Positions 24,974 through 37,879 of a stretch of 64,000 nt of DNA are shown piece by piece. The stretch is from Mustelus asterias (lineage: Eukaryota): NCBI RefSeq assembly GCF_964213995.1, contig NW_027590284.1, positions 372,001-436,000 of the forward strand, in the 5' to 3' direction. Position 1 is the stretch's first letter; each line of letters begins with the position of its first letter. The position numbers and the translations under genes were made by a program. The notes beneath the pieces were generated by a model. That model had not been told where the DNA came from. It saw only the letters and a program-made list of their open reading frames with translations, and searched no databases.

Positions 24974-25273
24974 CGACACCGTCTCTGCCCAATCTGTACA
25001 GCCTGATCTCCTCCTGTCAGCAACACAACTCCGCTGGCTCCGTCACCTATGGCTGTTTGGCGATGGACTACTCTCCAGAAATCACCAGTCTCACCTGGAA
25101 GAAAAATGGACAGCTGATCACCACTGGATTTAAGACTTACCCATCAGTGAGAAACACGAAGGGAACCTACACCCTGAGCAGCCAGTTAACCATCACCCAG
25201 TCAAAGGGAGAGTGCAGCAAAATCGACTGTGAGGTTCGACACAGCGGCTCAGTCAAGAGCATTGAAATGCAAT
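24974..25273 (+). CDS. IGHM: IgM Cmu1 exon ([15 protein letters not shown]...[10 protein letters not shown]...WKKNG...[12 protein letters not shown])
   Basis: Acceptor ttcccag at 24973, phase 1, donor T|GTAAG at 25274; Ig C1 Cys/Trp; open 300 nt. Confidence 0.95.
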
Positions 25274-25414
25274 GTAAGTGTTGTGGAACCTGGGCAAGAC
25301 AGGGGCGCTCTGATTGATCTCTATAAGGCCTTAGTTATAACTGATCTGTAGCATTCTGAAAAATTGAATTATGCAAAATCCAGGTAAGTGTCTACTGCCT
25401 GAAAAGTTGCTCAG

Positions 25415-26150
25415 AATCAAAGAACAACAGAAATGATACTGTGCAGAATGAGGCCATTTAGCCCATCATGTCTGTGCTGGTCAAAAGGGAGAACAAATAA
25501 ACTAGCCAGACAAGTTAAGTCTATTTTCCAGCCCTTGCTCCGTAGCATTGCAGCTTAAAGCAATTGAGATGCAGACCCAGATACCTTTCAAATGACCATG
25601 CTCCCTGGTAATTGAGCCCTCCACTTGGGGAATGAATTATTTCTGCCTACGTCCCTTATTTTTTTGTGAACCACAATTATGTCAGGCCTCAGCCTCCTCT
25701 TTTCCTAAAGAGAACAACCCCTGCCTATCCAATCTCGTCTCATGGCGGGAATTTTCAGTCCCTGGCAACATTCTTGTAAACCTCATCTCTCTCCAGAGTC
25801 ATTACGTTATTCCTGCAATGTGGTGACCAGAACTGTACAGCAAACTCCAAACGTGGCCTAACTCGGTTTTATGCAGCTCCATCATTGTATCACTGTTTTT
25901 GCATTCAATATCTCACATAATAGAGAAACTAATCCGATATGCTTTCTTGATCAACTTTTCCAGCTGCCCTTCCATCTACAAGGACCTGTGGACGTGCACT
26001 CTAAGGTCTTGCATTTCCTCAATCCCACTTAACATTCCAGTTTATTGCCTTGCTTTGTTTTCCCTCCACAAATGCATTGTATGGCACTTTTGACGGTTGA
26101 ATTCCATTCGCCATTTCCCTGCCAATTCAGCCAAACCATGGATATAATTC
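25415..26150 (-). mobile_element. Degenerate CR1 LINE 3' fragment in the Cmu1-Cmu2 intron
   Basis: KWRMEFNRQKCHTMHL in ORF 26042-26251; tgtggtgaccagaactgtacagcaaactccaa (VQFWSPH reverse). Confidence 0.8.
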
Positions 26151-26245
26151 TCAAATCGGCAGCTATTTTGCTCAAATAAAAGAACTAATTTATAATTGAT
26201 GTCAATTGAATCTTCAAGTAACGTCTGAACATTTGTTTGTTGAAG

Positions 26246-26557
26246 GCCCAATCGTTATCACCCCAACCGTCATCCTCACCGTGAGTTCCAGTGAAGAAAT
26301 CACCAGCAGAAAATTTGCAACCATCGTCTGTTCAATCATCGATTTCCAGCCAAAGTCAATGACGGTGAAGTGGCTGAAGAATGGACAACCCATGGATTCA
26401 GGAATTGTCACCTCTCCCGCCTATGAAGTGAACAGGAACTTCTCGGCCAGCAGTCGGCTGACAGTCTCCGCTCAGGAATGGATCAGCAAAGCGGTCTATA
26501 CCTGCCAGGTCACTCATCAAGAATTCACTCAGAGTCAGAACATCAGCGGATCACTGG
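26246..26557 (+). CDS. IGHM: IgM Cmu2 exon ([34 protein letters not shown]...[13 protein letters not shown])
   Basis: Acceptor ttgaag at 26245, donor G|GTAAG at 26558; Ig C domain motifs. Confidence 0.95.
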
Positions 26558-26724
26558 GTAAGAGACTCAAACCGAGGATAAAATAAAATATACCATTCCG
26601 ATGTTAATCGGAATTAGGGGTCTATTAAAGTTAGTACAAAGCACAGAACAACTTCTAATTTGCTGTCATGTGGTTTGCTGCATTAGGACAGCGCCCCATT
26701 CAGAATTTCATCACAACAGCAATT

Positions 26725-27047
26725 TTTGTTATTCCTTCATGAGATGTGCATTTATTTCCCATCCCTGAGGGCACTTAAGTGTCAACCACGTTGCTGTGGA
26801 CCTGGAGTCACATGCATGCCAGGCCAGATAAAGACAGCAGATTTACTTTTTTAAAGGGCATTCGTGAACCAGGTGGGCTTTTACAACAACGGCTTCATGA
26901 TGATCATTTGACTTTTAATTATAGATTTTTATTGAATTCCAATTTCACCATTTGCAGTGGTGAGATTCGAATCCGTGTCTCTTCAATTAGAGTCTTGTCC
27001 TCGGTCTCTTGGATTACAAGTCCATTGACAATACCACTGCCTCCCCT
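26725..27047 (-). mobile_element. tRNA-derived SINE (SacSINE1/DeuSINE-like)
   Basis: gtcaaccacgttgctgtggacctggagtcacatg..; homologous to 1672-1988. Confidence 0.7.
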
Positions 27048-27481
27048 TGAAAGAGTGTTTCTTTCTATTTTGAAGTAACATAGTGAGCGAGGCGGCCTTG
27101 ATGTCAGCTTTTTTCCTGAGATGGCTGGTAAGATTTGGAGAAACAGTTGGTGTTGGAGTGTTTCACAGGTCACAGCGGAGGGGGTAAATGTTGGAAAGTG
27201 CATTCACCCTAATAATAAATCAATGACAAGTGCTGTGTTCCTGAGTTGGGGCATGGTTTGGAATGCTGCAATGCTGATTCATGAGAATGATACCGCTGCT
27301 AAAATATCTTAATAAAGAGAATAATTTCACAGAACTAGCTGGTTTTCCATCGTCTATAGAAGTTTAAAGGCGATACTTAGAGGTTGATATCTCGAAGGCG
27401 ACCTTTTTCTCCTTTAGGGTGAATACTGCTGTCCTGCTTCTGAAGAGGGAACTTGGGTTGATTTTCATTTGTCATTCACAG

Positions 27482-27790
27482 GTCCTTGCCAGTGCCATGA
27501 TTCCACAGTGACGATACAGCCACCACCAATAGAACAGGTCTTACTGGAGGCAACAGTGACCTTAACCTGCATCATTTCTAATGCTCCTTATGGAGTCAAC
27601 GTGTCCTGGATCCGAGACAGGAAGTATTTGAAGTCAGAGATTGCCGAAAAGCCAGGAGCGGATCCTGACAGCGTGGTCAGCAAATTAAACATCTCGACAC
27701 AAGCCTGGCTGAGTGCGGCTGTGTTTCACTGCGTGGTGAGCCATCAGGATCTACCGACTCCTTTAAGAAAATCCATCCACAAGGAAACAG
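27482..27790 (+). CDS. IGHM: IgM Cmu3 exon ([30 protein letters not shown]...[22 protein letters not shown])
   Basis: Acceptor ttcacag at 27481, donor G|GTGAG at 27791; shark Cmu3 signature [14 protein letters not shown]. Confidence 0.96.
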
Positions 27791-28283
27791 GTGAGCTGAG
27801 AGATTGAAGCAATAAATGCGTCACTGTGTCTATTTCCAGTGTAAGTGTACTGGTCAATATTTAGTATTCAGTGCATTAATGGTCTCCCGAGTGGAAACTC
27901 CACTAACTAAAGACTCTGGTCCTGCAGATAGTTTTACGGGGATATTTGATGTGTTGATGAATGAAAAGTGAACTGAAGGCGATCTTATTGGATATAGATC
28001 GAATAAGGAGGGAGGAGCCTGATGTGGAGCATGAAACCCAATAAAAAAGCAGATCAGTTGGGCCGAAGAGCCTGATTCAGTGCTGTAAACTTTCTGAAGC
28101 TTTCCAGTCCAACCCGCTGAGTTATTTGAGAAAACAATTGCGTTCACCTCTCCTCCAAGCTGGAAGTCAAAGATGGAAACATTTAAAATCGAAAGCGAAG
28201 CACATTTTTCTGATACCTAGCCAGCAGTTTCATTGTCTCCAGAATTCTCCAGTTTATTGACATTTATTGTACTTTTTCTGCAG

Positions 28284-28675
28284 ATCCAAATCCGCGGGAA
28301 CCGTTCGTCTCTGTCCTCCTGCCCTCGGCAGAAGAAGTCTCCGCTCAGAGATTCGTCTCCCTCAGCTGCTTAGTGAGACGTTTCTCCCCGCGAGAGATCT
28401 TCGTCAAATGGACTGTCAACGACAAGCCGGTGAATCCTGGGAACTACAGGAACACCGAGGTGGTCGCGGAGAACGGCAATAGCTCCTTCTTCATGTACAG
28501 CCTGTTATCCATTGCAGCAGAGGAGTGGTCCAGCGGTGCGTCTTACTCCTGTGTGGTGGGACATGAAGCCATCCCCTTGAAGATCATCAACAGAACAGTT
28601 GACAAATCCAGCGGTAAACCCAGTTTTGTGAACATTTCCCTTGCACTGATGGACACCGTTAATTCATGTCAATGA
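28284..28675 (+). CDS. IGHM: IgM Cmu4 exon plus secretory tailpiece (..[23 protein letters not shown])
   Basis: Acceptor ttctgcag at 28283; internal membrane-form donor G|GTAAAC at 28614; tailpiece with NIS sequon and penultimate Cys; TGA 28673-28675. Confidence 0.97.
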
Positions 28676-28702
28676 GAATCACTCGGTTACATTAAAAACT
28701 TC

Positions 28703-28717
28703 AATAAAAAGAATAAA
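28703..28717 (+). terminator. Secretory-form poly(A) signals
   Basis: AATAAA at 28703 and 28712, ~30 nt after the stop codon. Confidence 0.8.
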
Positions 28718-29839
28718 ATCTTTTTCCTCTAACGATAAATGAAATATCCAAACGCCTAATTGATTGTTTTTCAGTTTTACTTCCATTAGATATCTTTGGT
28801 TTGAGTCAGATATTTTCAGGTCTCAGGCCCAAGTCTTGTTGAACCAGTGCGCCCAGCTCAGATACACCCTGTGTTCGAGACAGAGTAGAGCACATTCATT
28901 ACAGGATTCTGCAAAATATCTTCACCGACGTTCCTCCCTGAGGAAAAATCCGACAATTTGAACATTTCTAACAAACGAACACAACATTTAGATCTCGGTG
29001 TTCCTGCTTCTCTCGTTGTCCATGCCTTTACGCATTGATGTCATATTTAAGCTGCTGCACCACACCCACTGGGAACTGGAGTGAGGGTCACACAGAAACA
29101 TGGAGCAATAATCCCCCCATCAGAGAGAGGGAGAATGAAATTGTGAACATACCGGATTCCTACTCACCCAACAAAGAGAGGGGAGGAGCAGTAGCTAACC
29201 CATGTACCACCACTTCCTCAATGAAAAGAGGAGGAATGGCCTTATTTAATCCACTGTACCTCCACCTCCTCAGTGGTGAGAACCATCAGGGACATTGCTT
29301 CACCAGGTTGAGAGAGGGAAACTATGAGCTCACTCACCTCACTCTCCCCAAGTAGCGTGTTTGGAAGGGAACGGCTCTCTACTATAAGGACTCAGTTGTC
29401 AACAGTGCAAATTAGCTTCCGTTTACTTGCTGCAGATTTTGAAGTATCATTATCATTATCAAAGTGTCATTGAAGTATATAATACACATATACTTATATA
29501 TATATATAATATATGTATATATGTGTGTACTTATATACATATATACTTATGCAACATAATTTAAAAATGTTGCAACACTCTTGTTCCTGTTAATCATGTG
29601 CTGGCATTGATTTCCCAGAATACAAATTTAAACAAATAATAGAATCCTCCCCGGTTTTCACTGTTCTGTCACTGAGGTTTCTGAGATGCATCAATGAATT
29701 ATTTCATTCGCTCTCCTGATATCACCGTGCCACTCACATAAAAGAAATTTATACAGCAAACACTGAAAATGTGCTCCATTATTCATATTGTTTGGATCAT
29801 GTTCAGTTAATGATTACCGGTGAAACTTGAAGCAACAGT

Positions 29840-30344
29840 TAAAAAATACACACACTGACAATACCGCACAAAACTGTCACAATTATAAATACACACATAG
29901 GCGCACACACACACAGACACACACACACACATCGACACAAATGCACAAATACACGCACAAATACACATACTCACAAATATGCACACAAATGCAGAAAGAC
30001 ACATGTAAATACACTCACACAAATGCATGCACATATACAGAAATACGGACAGGCGCATTCAAATACAGACATAGAAGCACTCACACACAGCACATACACA
30101 TGCACAGAACACACAGATACATGCATACACACAGATACACTTTCACACACCATAGGTACATGCAATACTTGCACAAACGAACACACATGCAGAGAAACAA
30201 GAATGCGCACACAAATGCACTCATGGACAACGCAGGCACAAACAAAAATACACACACAAATACACACAGACACAAATACACCCACACAAAAATACACCCA
30301 TACATAAATACATCCGTACACAAATATACATAGGTACACACACA

Positions 30345-30412
<68 letters not shown>

Positions 30413-31270
30413 TACATAGACTCGCGCTTGTACAAACAGGCACTAAAACAACAACATACGTAGATAATCAAATATGTACAAACGCACACATATACACATA
30501 AAACACACAAGTACATACACATTCACATACGTGAGTAGGTACACAGACCCAAACACAAACACATACATTCAGAGACACAACACAGACAGATACACACGCA
30601 TGCAGACCCAGATAAATAGACAAGCACATACATCATCTCAAATAAATACATATATTAGCACACATTCACGCTGACAGGAGTATCGATATAAAGACGCACA
30701 ATGTTATACACATTAACAAACATACATGGAAATATATATAAACAAATTAGCAGACTGCATATAGATGAACAGACTGCAAAACATTTACACGCAAACATGT
30801 AGACGCAAACATTAACATGCTCATACAGAACAGAACACCATCGCACACATTACTACACATCGAAACACAAACATACATCAACACACCGTTATAAAGAACT
30901 ATCAACACGTACATACATGTACTGACCTGTTAACAGACATACACACAGACACACGGAGAGACAGACGCACACAGAAAGGGAAACAAACATTACTAGAGTG
31001 ACAGAAATTAACACATAGCAAGAGGCATAAACACACGTGCGCCCATTAAGAATGGCGTTAAGAAATATTCATAGACTTCACACAATAATAGAATCATACA
31101 TACACAATGACACAAGAATAAAATATACACACAGATGCAGACACACAACTTCACAAATCAACAACCATAGGCAAATGAACACGTACATTAACACTCTTGC
31201 ACACATATTAACTCAAAGCTAAAGAATAATGCAGACCAGGAGATGCTCATGCACACGCACACAAACGCAT
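29840..31270. repeat. (AC)-rich low-complexity tract with (CT)n(CA)n core
   Basis: Degenerate acacaca/acatac; pure microsatellite ~30347-30409. Confidence 0.92.
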
Positions 31271-31837
31271 GATCTTAAATACAAACGGTAGGCAAATGAT
31301 GAATGTAAAATTTAAGGGTGATTTTTTAATGCACATATCCACAGATTAACTCTCCAAATGTACAATGAACAGACAAACACATTGAGAAGCTGAATTAAGC
31401 TCATGATCTATTTCCACCATAAAGAAGCACAGATCGGAAATTACATCCCAAGTCTTAAACAACAACATTTACAGTTTATAGATCAGTAACCATCTGTGAA
31501 AACAATCATTGATCAGTGAACGTTCCTCGATATCAGTCATAACATTCTTCAATAAGGGATAGTGGCAAATAGTTCAAAAATGAACTGATACTCAATTAAA
31601 CATCTTCAGTGTTTTCTGACATGGACTGTCCAAGGAATATCAATAAAGATCAGGTGTGAAAATAGTTACGGAGATCGGTTACTGAGTGTCCTGAATTTAA
31701 CAGTAGATACACATTGAAAATTAAATTCGAGATTAAATGAACAGCTTAAAAAGGAGAACGGGGCACATAAAAATAACAATAAGATCACCTGGATAAATAA
31801 AGTAATCTAATTTCAGTTCCTGGTCTCCGTCCCCTAG

Positions 31838-31965
31838 ACTCCACCGACCGCGTCTGGATTGACGACAATGACGATGATAACAGCAACATCTGGACAACCG
31901 CTTCTACATTCATCGTGCTGTTCTTCCTGAGCATTTTCTACAGCACTGCCGTCACTCTGGTGAAG
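31838..31965 (+). CDS. IGHM: IgM TM1 exon ([43 protein letters not shown])
   Basis: Acceptor cccctag at 31837, phase 1 matching the 28613 donor; CART motif TF..LF.LS..YS..T; donor AAG|GTGAG. Confidence 0.96.
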
Positions 31966-32106
31966 GTGAGATGATTCAATTCACTCACATTTCAAACTGG
32001 CAGAATGGATTTGAAAAAAATTCTCAATGTTTCGCTGATTAAAAACTCTAACATTAATGTCCCGCATCATCAACATCTGCTTCATTATTGTATCTTTCTT
32101 TTACAG

Positions 32107-32115
32107 ATCAAATGA
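32107..32115 (+). CDS. IGHM: IgM TM2 exon (IK*), cytoplasmic tail KIK
   Basis: Acceptor tttcttttacag at 32106, then atc aaa tga; candidate AATAAA at 32569. Confidence 0.88.
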   Translation: MK

Positions 32116-33559
32116 TGGGTTGAATTTTGGAAGCTGCAGATTTCCTGCAGCTGATTATCAAGATCTCTGTATGGATCAAATACAATATCTGCTCTCGGTG
32201 ACTCTATCAGTAAAATTCTCTCAGTTTATCATTCTGAATCTGTAACTGAGGCAATTATAGACGTGAATTCAGTTTTCAGTGTGAAATGTACGAGGCATTT
32301 TTTGTTATAATGTAATTGTGATTAATAGTTTCCCCGTAGTTTAAAGATCATGTATAAATAAGAAACTTTTCTCATTCCTTATTCACATTTGATAATTCCT
32401 CTTTCTATTAAGGTCCTGTTTTCTCTTTCTGGTGTATGTAACAGATGTACAGATACTGACGGATTCCCTGTGCATCTGTTCTGTTCTCAATGTGAAGCTC
32501 GATCGTTATGTTCACTTTTCTAACTTTAAAAAAATAATGTTGCTGTAAAATATTCTCTGAATTTTTAAAATAAATATTGAATGAAATTTTAACCATCTCT
32601 GGCTTGGCTTAATTCCGTTCTCCAAAACACATCAACTCCGCCCCATTTTCCCCATTACACGGTTTCCCCTCTTTCCCAGACAGGGATTTTCCCCAGTCAT
32701 ATGTGGGACGTGGTTGAACTCAATGCCCTTTCGTGAAAGAGTCACTGCGCCACCCAGTGACCCATCCGTGTAAATACACCTTCATCGCTGCCTTTTTATG
32801 ATAAAATCCAGATACAGAATGAATGAATAATGAGGAGAACCGCGGTGATTTCAAGCATAAACTGGACTGTCACTGACGAGTTTCAGGTAATTCTAAACAG
32901 CAAAAGGCTCATTCATTAGAGGCCGATGCAGGACAGTGTGTGGCAGAAGATAGTTTCCTATACACTGTCCCTTAAAAACAGTATCAGTGTCGCTGCAGCG
33001 TGGGTTAACAGAGTGTATCTCTCTATATATCGTCCGATGAAATACTTCGCAGGCAGGCAAACCACAAGCAAGATAGAGAACACATACAGAACAGATGTGC
33101 AAACCATGGGGTGAAACCAAGAGAATGAGGTGTATTTCACATAAGCACATCATCGATTGCAAATTTCCAAATTATGACTAATGTTGTGGGATAATTTGAG
33201 ATGACCAATACTGTCGTTAACTACAGACAATATAAAACTCACGCGGCAGGTATCTCTGTGTGAGGAGGTCAAAATGAATATTCCCACCGGCTCATATCCA
33301 AAACTGGATAGACACGTGATCCTGAGTCCCAGTACGATCTGTTCTATGTCTAAACATTGAATGTCCCCATTCATAAAGTTGCAAAATGTGTTCCCTCGCC
33401 AGAAACTTTCAGATATTAATTCTGCAACTACTAAGGTTCCCAGGCCATTGGCTCTCAACTCTTCGATTTGTCATCATACCGTACAGTGACTTGCTTTTGG
33501 TTGAAATGAACAATAATTCATTCAATACATGAATTACATTTAAAATATGAGCATATATG

Positions 33560-33965
33560 TTTTATAATGGTCGGCTTATGATGAAAGTGAGGAGGTGTGG
33601 GATAGAGGGAAAGTTGGCCGATTGGATAGGTAACTGGCTGTCTGATCGAAGACAGAGGGTGGAGGTGGATGGAAATTTTTCGGATTGGAGGCAGGTTGCT
33701 AGCGGAGTGCCACAGGGATCAGTGCTTGGTCCTCTGCTCTTTGTGATTTTTATTAATGACTTAGAGGAGGGGGCTGAAGGGTGGATCAGTAAATTTGCTG
33801 ATGACACCAAGATTGGTGGAGTAGTGGATGAGGTGGAGGGCTGCAAAGAGACATAGATAGGATGCAAAGCTGGGCTGAAAAATGGCAAATGGAGTTTAAC
33901 CCTGATAAATGTGAGGTGATTCATTTTGGTAGGTCTAATTTAAATGTGGATTATAGGGTTAAAGG
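33560..33965 (+). mobile_element. CR1 LINE RT fragment
   Basis: ORF 33557-33856 [43 protein letters not shown]. Confidence 0.93.
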
Positions 33966-34696
33966 CCTTTCCATCCACCTCCATCTCACCATGTTCTTCC
34001 ACAGGTTGTGGATGATATGAGCATCTCCTGGGGATTCTGGTCTGGTCCTTTGTATTTTCCGACATGCCTGAATCTGAGATCTTTTCATTCTAATGTCCTG
34101 GAGTTCAGCCCTGAGATTTGAGTTGCTGACCTGTCATATCAACTTCAGAGAGAGAAGGATGAACGGCCAGCATGCGAGTTCAGAAGACCTTCTCTGAATG
34201 GATCCAGTTGAAAATTAAAGTTTATTTCTGCTCGAATCTCTATTACTCACCATGTCTGCCGCCCCACGCAGCCAAGGGCTGACCCTCCCTCTCTCTTTTA
34301 CTTTTACCTTCAGTGGTCTGACTCCCCATCTCAATGTACTTTCCCCAAGGTCGGAAGGTCTCACGTTGGTCAGGGCGACCGTTTCTTTTCTAACGCATGC
34401 TCTACTGACTTTGGGATTGAGTGATTGGATAATGTAGAGGGAGATTTGTATTGCATCACACCTATACCATACCTGTCCTATAATGTGACACCAGATTGTA
34501 GAGAGAGGTTTTAATTCTATCTGTGCTTAACCTTTGGACTTAATAACACGCTTTGCTGATAACCAGTAAGCACACACACACACTACACACACATACATTT
34601 TAGTTGTTATGAGTCTTTGCTGGTTGGGTCGATGAAAAGATTCTATTCACAACAAATTATTAATACAACTTTATGAAAGATGGAAGTATTCATATA

Positions 34697-35682
34697 AGAA
34701 CAAAGAACAAAGAACAATACAGCACAGGAACAGGCCCTTCGGCCCTCCAAGCCCGCGCCGCTCCCTGGTCCAAACTAGACCATTCTTTTGTATCCCTCCA
34801 TTCCCCCTCCGTTCATGTGGCTATCCGGATAAGTCTTAAACGCTCCCAGTGTGTCCGCCTCCACCACCTTGCCCGGCAGCGCATTCCAGGCCCCCACCAC
34901 CCTCTGTGTAAAATACGGCCTTCTGATATCCGTGTTAAACCTCCCCCCGCCCTCACCTTAAACATATGACCCCTCGTGAACGTCACCACCGACCTGGGAA
35001 AAAGCTTCCCACCGTTCACCCTATCTATGCCTTTCATAATTTTATACACCTCTATTAGGTCACCCCTCATCCTCCGTCTTTCCAGTGAGAACAACCCCAG
35101 TTTACCCAATCTCTCCTCATAACTAAGCCTTTCCATACCAGGCAACATCCTGGTAAACCTCCTCTGTACTCTCTCTCAAGCCTCCACGTCCTTCTGGTAG
35201 TGTGGCGACCAGAACTGGACACAGTATTCCAAATGCGGCCGAACCAACGTTCTATACATCTGCAACATCAGACCCCAACTTTTATACTCTATGCCCCGTC
35301 CTTTAAAGGCAAGCATGCCATATGCCTTATTCACTACCTTCTCCACCTGTGACGTCACCTTCAAGGATCTGTGGACTTGCACAACCAGGTCCCTCTGCGT
35401 ATCTACACCCTTTATGGTTCTGCCATTTATCGTATAGCTCCCCCCTACTTTAGTTCTACCAAAATGCGTCACTTCGCATTTATCTGGATTGAACTCCATC
35501 TGCCATTTCTTTGCCCAAATTTCCAGCCTATCTATATCCTTCTGTAGCCTCTGACAATGTTTCTCACTATCTGCAAGTCCAGCCATTTTCGTGTCGTCCG
35601 CAAACTTACTGATCACCCCAGTTACACCTTCTTCTAGATCGTTTATATAAATCACAAACAGCAGAGGTCCCAATACAGAGCC
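34697..35682 (-). mobile_element. 5'-truncated CR1 LINE (~1 kb) with (AACAAAG)n tail
   Basis: ORFs 35176-35673 (FADDTK, VRPHLEYCVQFWSP) and 34813-35148 (SYEERL..LFSLERRRMRGDLI). Confidence 0.95.
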
Positions 35683-36158
35683 CTATATGAATAAAAGAAA
35701 CACGCATTATGACACTGAATACCAGCAACCTGAAACCATTAATCGCAGACGTTATGCAAATAAGCAACATTTCCAAATGGGAGAAGAAAGGATAAGAAGA
35801 GAGCAGTAATAATAAACCAGCATTAATAATCATTCTATAAAATATCATGTCGCAATATTTGCATAGAAAGGAAGAGGCTTTCGACTGGATTCCACGGGAT
35901 GGCGCTCCAGGACTTTAGATGTGGCCAAAAATATCCGATAGCATCAGTTTATTGGTACCACAGGTGACAGTTGGGATTGCAGGAAATATCGTTGCCTGGA
36001 GGCAACACTTCATACGACAGAGCATTTAAAGGAGGAGCTTGCATCCAAATTGCAGGCTTTATGATAAAGGAGATTTAGACAGTGAACCTTCTTGTATTCA
36101 TTCGTGTATTCAAAGTTCAAAGGATTTGATCAAACATGAGTTCATTCTTATTGTCAAG

Positions 36159-36190
<32 letters not shown>

Positions 36191-36292
36191 GAGAGAGGGT
36201 GGATGGTAAATCATCAGCTCGTTACACCAGCTGACACTCCAAGGAGTTCATCTTCAGATGCAGACGTTTGTTCACCTATTAATTAAACTCAG

Positions 36293-36423
36293 ATGTGGAG
36301 ATGCCGGCGTTGGACTGGGGTAAGCACCGTAAGAAGTCTCACAACACCAGGTTAAAGTCCAACAGGTTTATTTGCTCCCAAATAAACCTGTTGGACTTCA
36401 ACCTGGTTTTGTGAGACTTCTTA
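36293..36423. mobile_element. Penelope-like terminal palindrome (45-bp arms, 4-nt loop)
   Basis: 36330-36374 vs 36379-36423 are reverse complements with 2 mismatches. Confidence 0.6.
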
Positions 36424-36609
36424 AATTGATTAAACTCAGGACAGAGCTAGCGACTGTATTAGTTATTTTTATTTTATGCCTTGGTGCTTTGGCTTCAGTC
36501 ATAATTGAATCAGAATACATAATTATTTTTTATGCAAGAACATACTTCAATGGTGGCTATCTTACCCAGCATTCACAGTGAATCAGAATATGATCTATCC
36601 TTACAACAG

Positions 36610-37230
36610 ACTTTGCGCATGCGTACTGTAGATCTAAAGTGCATGCGCAGTGGATGTTGCTGCCGCAGCAGCAGCAAGGGAGTTATATCGGCTCCGGGTT
36701 TCCAGGGAAACGGCTTATTCTGGAGGGTAATGGAGGCGGCGGGGTGGGTGGAGAGGCTTCATAAGCATCCAGTGGAGACAGGAGAACCCGAATAATAACT
36801 GCTCAGTGCCGCGTTCCTACCATTCGGGGCCGCGACCGCAGATGCCGAGTTGGAGGCCCCGAGTTGATGGAGGCCATCTTTCTCGGGGCGATGGGCAATA
36901 GTGCGCATGCGCGGTGCTCCCTGCCAGCAGGAGGAATGTTGTGAATTTCTCTCCTGGACTGACAGGGATGGACTTTGGAAACTCCTTTTACAGGGAGTTA
37001 GAAGGGGAGGATTTACACACAGAAAACTCAACCCAAGAGAAATGTTTCTCACTTAATTTCTATTCTTGACTGACAGTGATGATCTTTTTTTACAGGAAAT
37101 TTGATGACAAAATTTGAAGGGAAACTCAAACCAGACATCAGACCAAAACCTGCCAGAGTCATTCCATTCATCAGAACCTGATTGTAAGTGTGTCTGTAGA
37201 AAAAGATTCAAACATCTGTGTGACTGGAAA
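36610..37230 (+). promoter_or_regulatory. CpG-rich ZNF-type promoter/5' exons, with a finger-less remnant of the ZNF coding exon
   Basis: NRF1-like gcgcatgcg at ~36615 and ~36903; family acceptor block ggactgacag..aaactccttttacag at ~36955-36993 and ~37067-37095; aaagattcaaacatctgtgtgactggaaa as in the other ZNF exons. Confidence 0.6.
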
Positions 37231-37321
37231 TAGGGAACGATAATGTCATGGAAGGATTTGCAAAAAAAGATGCAATGTTTTAAATTGAGTTGTTTAACCA
37301 GGAGCCTGTGTGGGTCAGTGT

Positions 37322-37572
37322 TTTAAAGTTTATTTATTAGTGTCACAAGTAGGCTTAGCCTACATTAACACTGCAAGTTGCTGTAAAATTCCCCTAGTTG
37401 CCACACTCCGGCACTTGTTCGGGTCAATGCAACTAACCAGTAAGCCTTTCTGACTGTGGGAGGAAACCCATGCAGACATGGGGAGAACGTGCAGACTCCA
37501 CACACACAGTCACCCAAGCCATGAATTGAACCCACTGTGAGGCAGCAGTGCTAACCACTGCAGCCCCATGGT
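37322..37572 (-). mobile_element. tRNA-derived V-SINE
   Basis: gtgcagactccacacacacagtcacccaagcc..ctgtgaggcagcagtgctaaccactg. Confidence 0.8.
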
Positions 37573-37879
37573 GAGGACATGGTGATGGGTGAGTGTGTGG
37601 GACTTGATGCAGAGGACAGGGGTTTATATACGCCAAAGTTTTTCATGGGTTAAATGAGGGACGCTGACAGTCAAGTCTAAAGAAAATAAAGGAATGAATG
37701 AAAGTTCTAGAAACCTCAGCTGAGACAGGGATTTAGCGAAACTCAAGTTGGTAATGAATAGATGAGGCTGTCCGGTCAAGTCAAGAGGGAATGCATGAAA
37801 TTTTCAGAAACAATACTAATATTCTGATGCAGCGAATGGTAATGACCTGAAACTCTATGTTCTAAAAAACTCAATCAAA

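Noticed and set aside
12524-32115. IgW, IgNAR or germline-joined IgM1gj identity
   Set aside because: Four C domains including Cmu2, a mu-type tailpiece, and separate V, D, D, J with RSS indicate conventional rearranging IgM.
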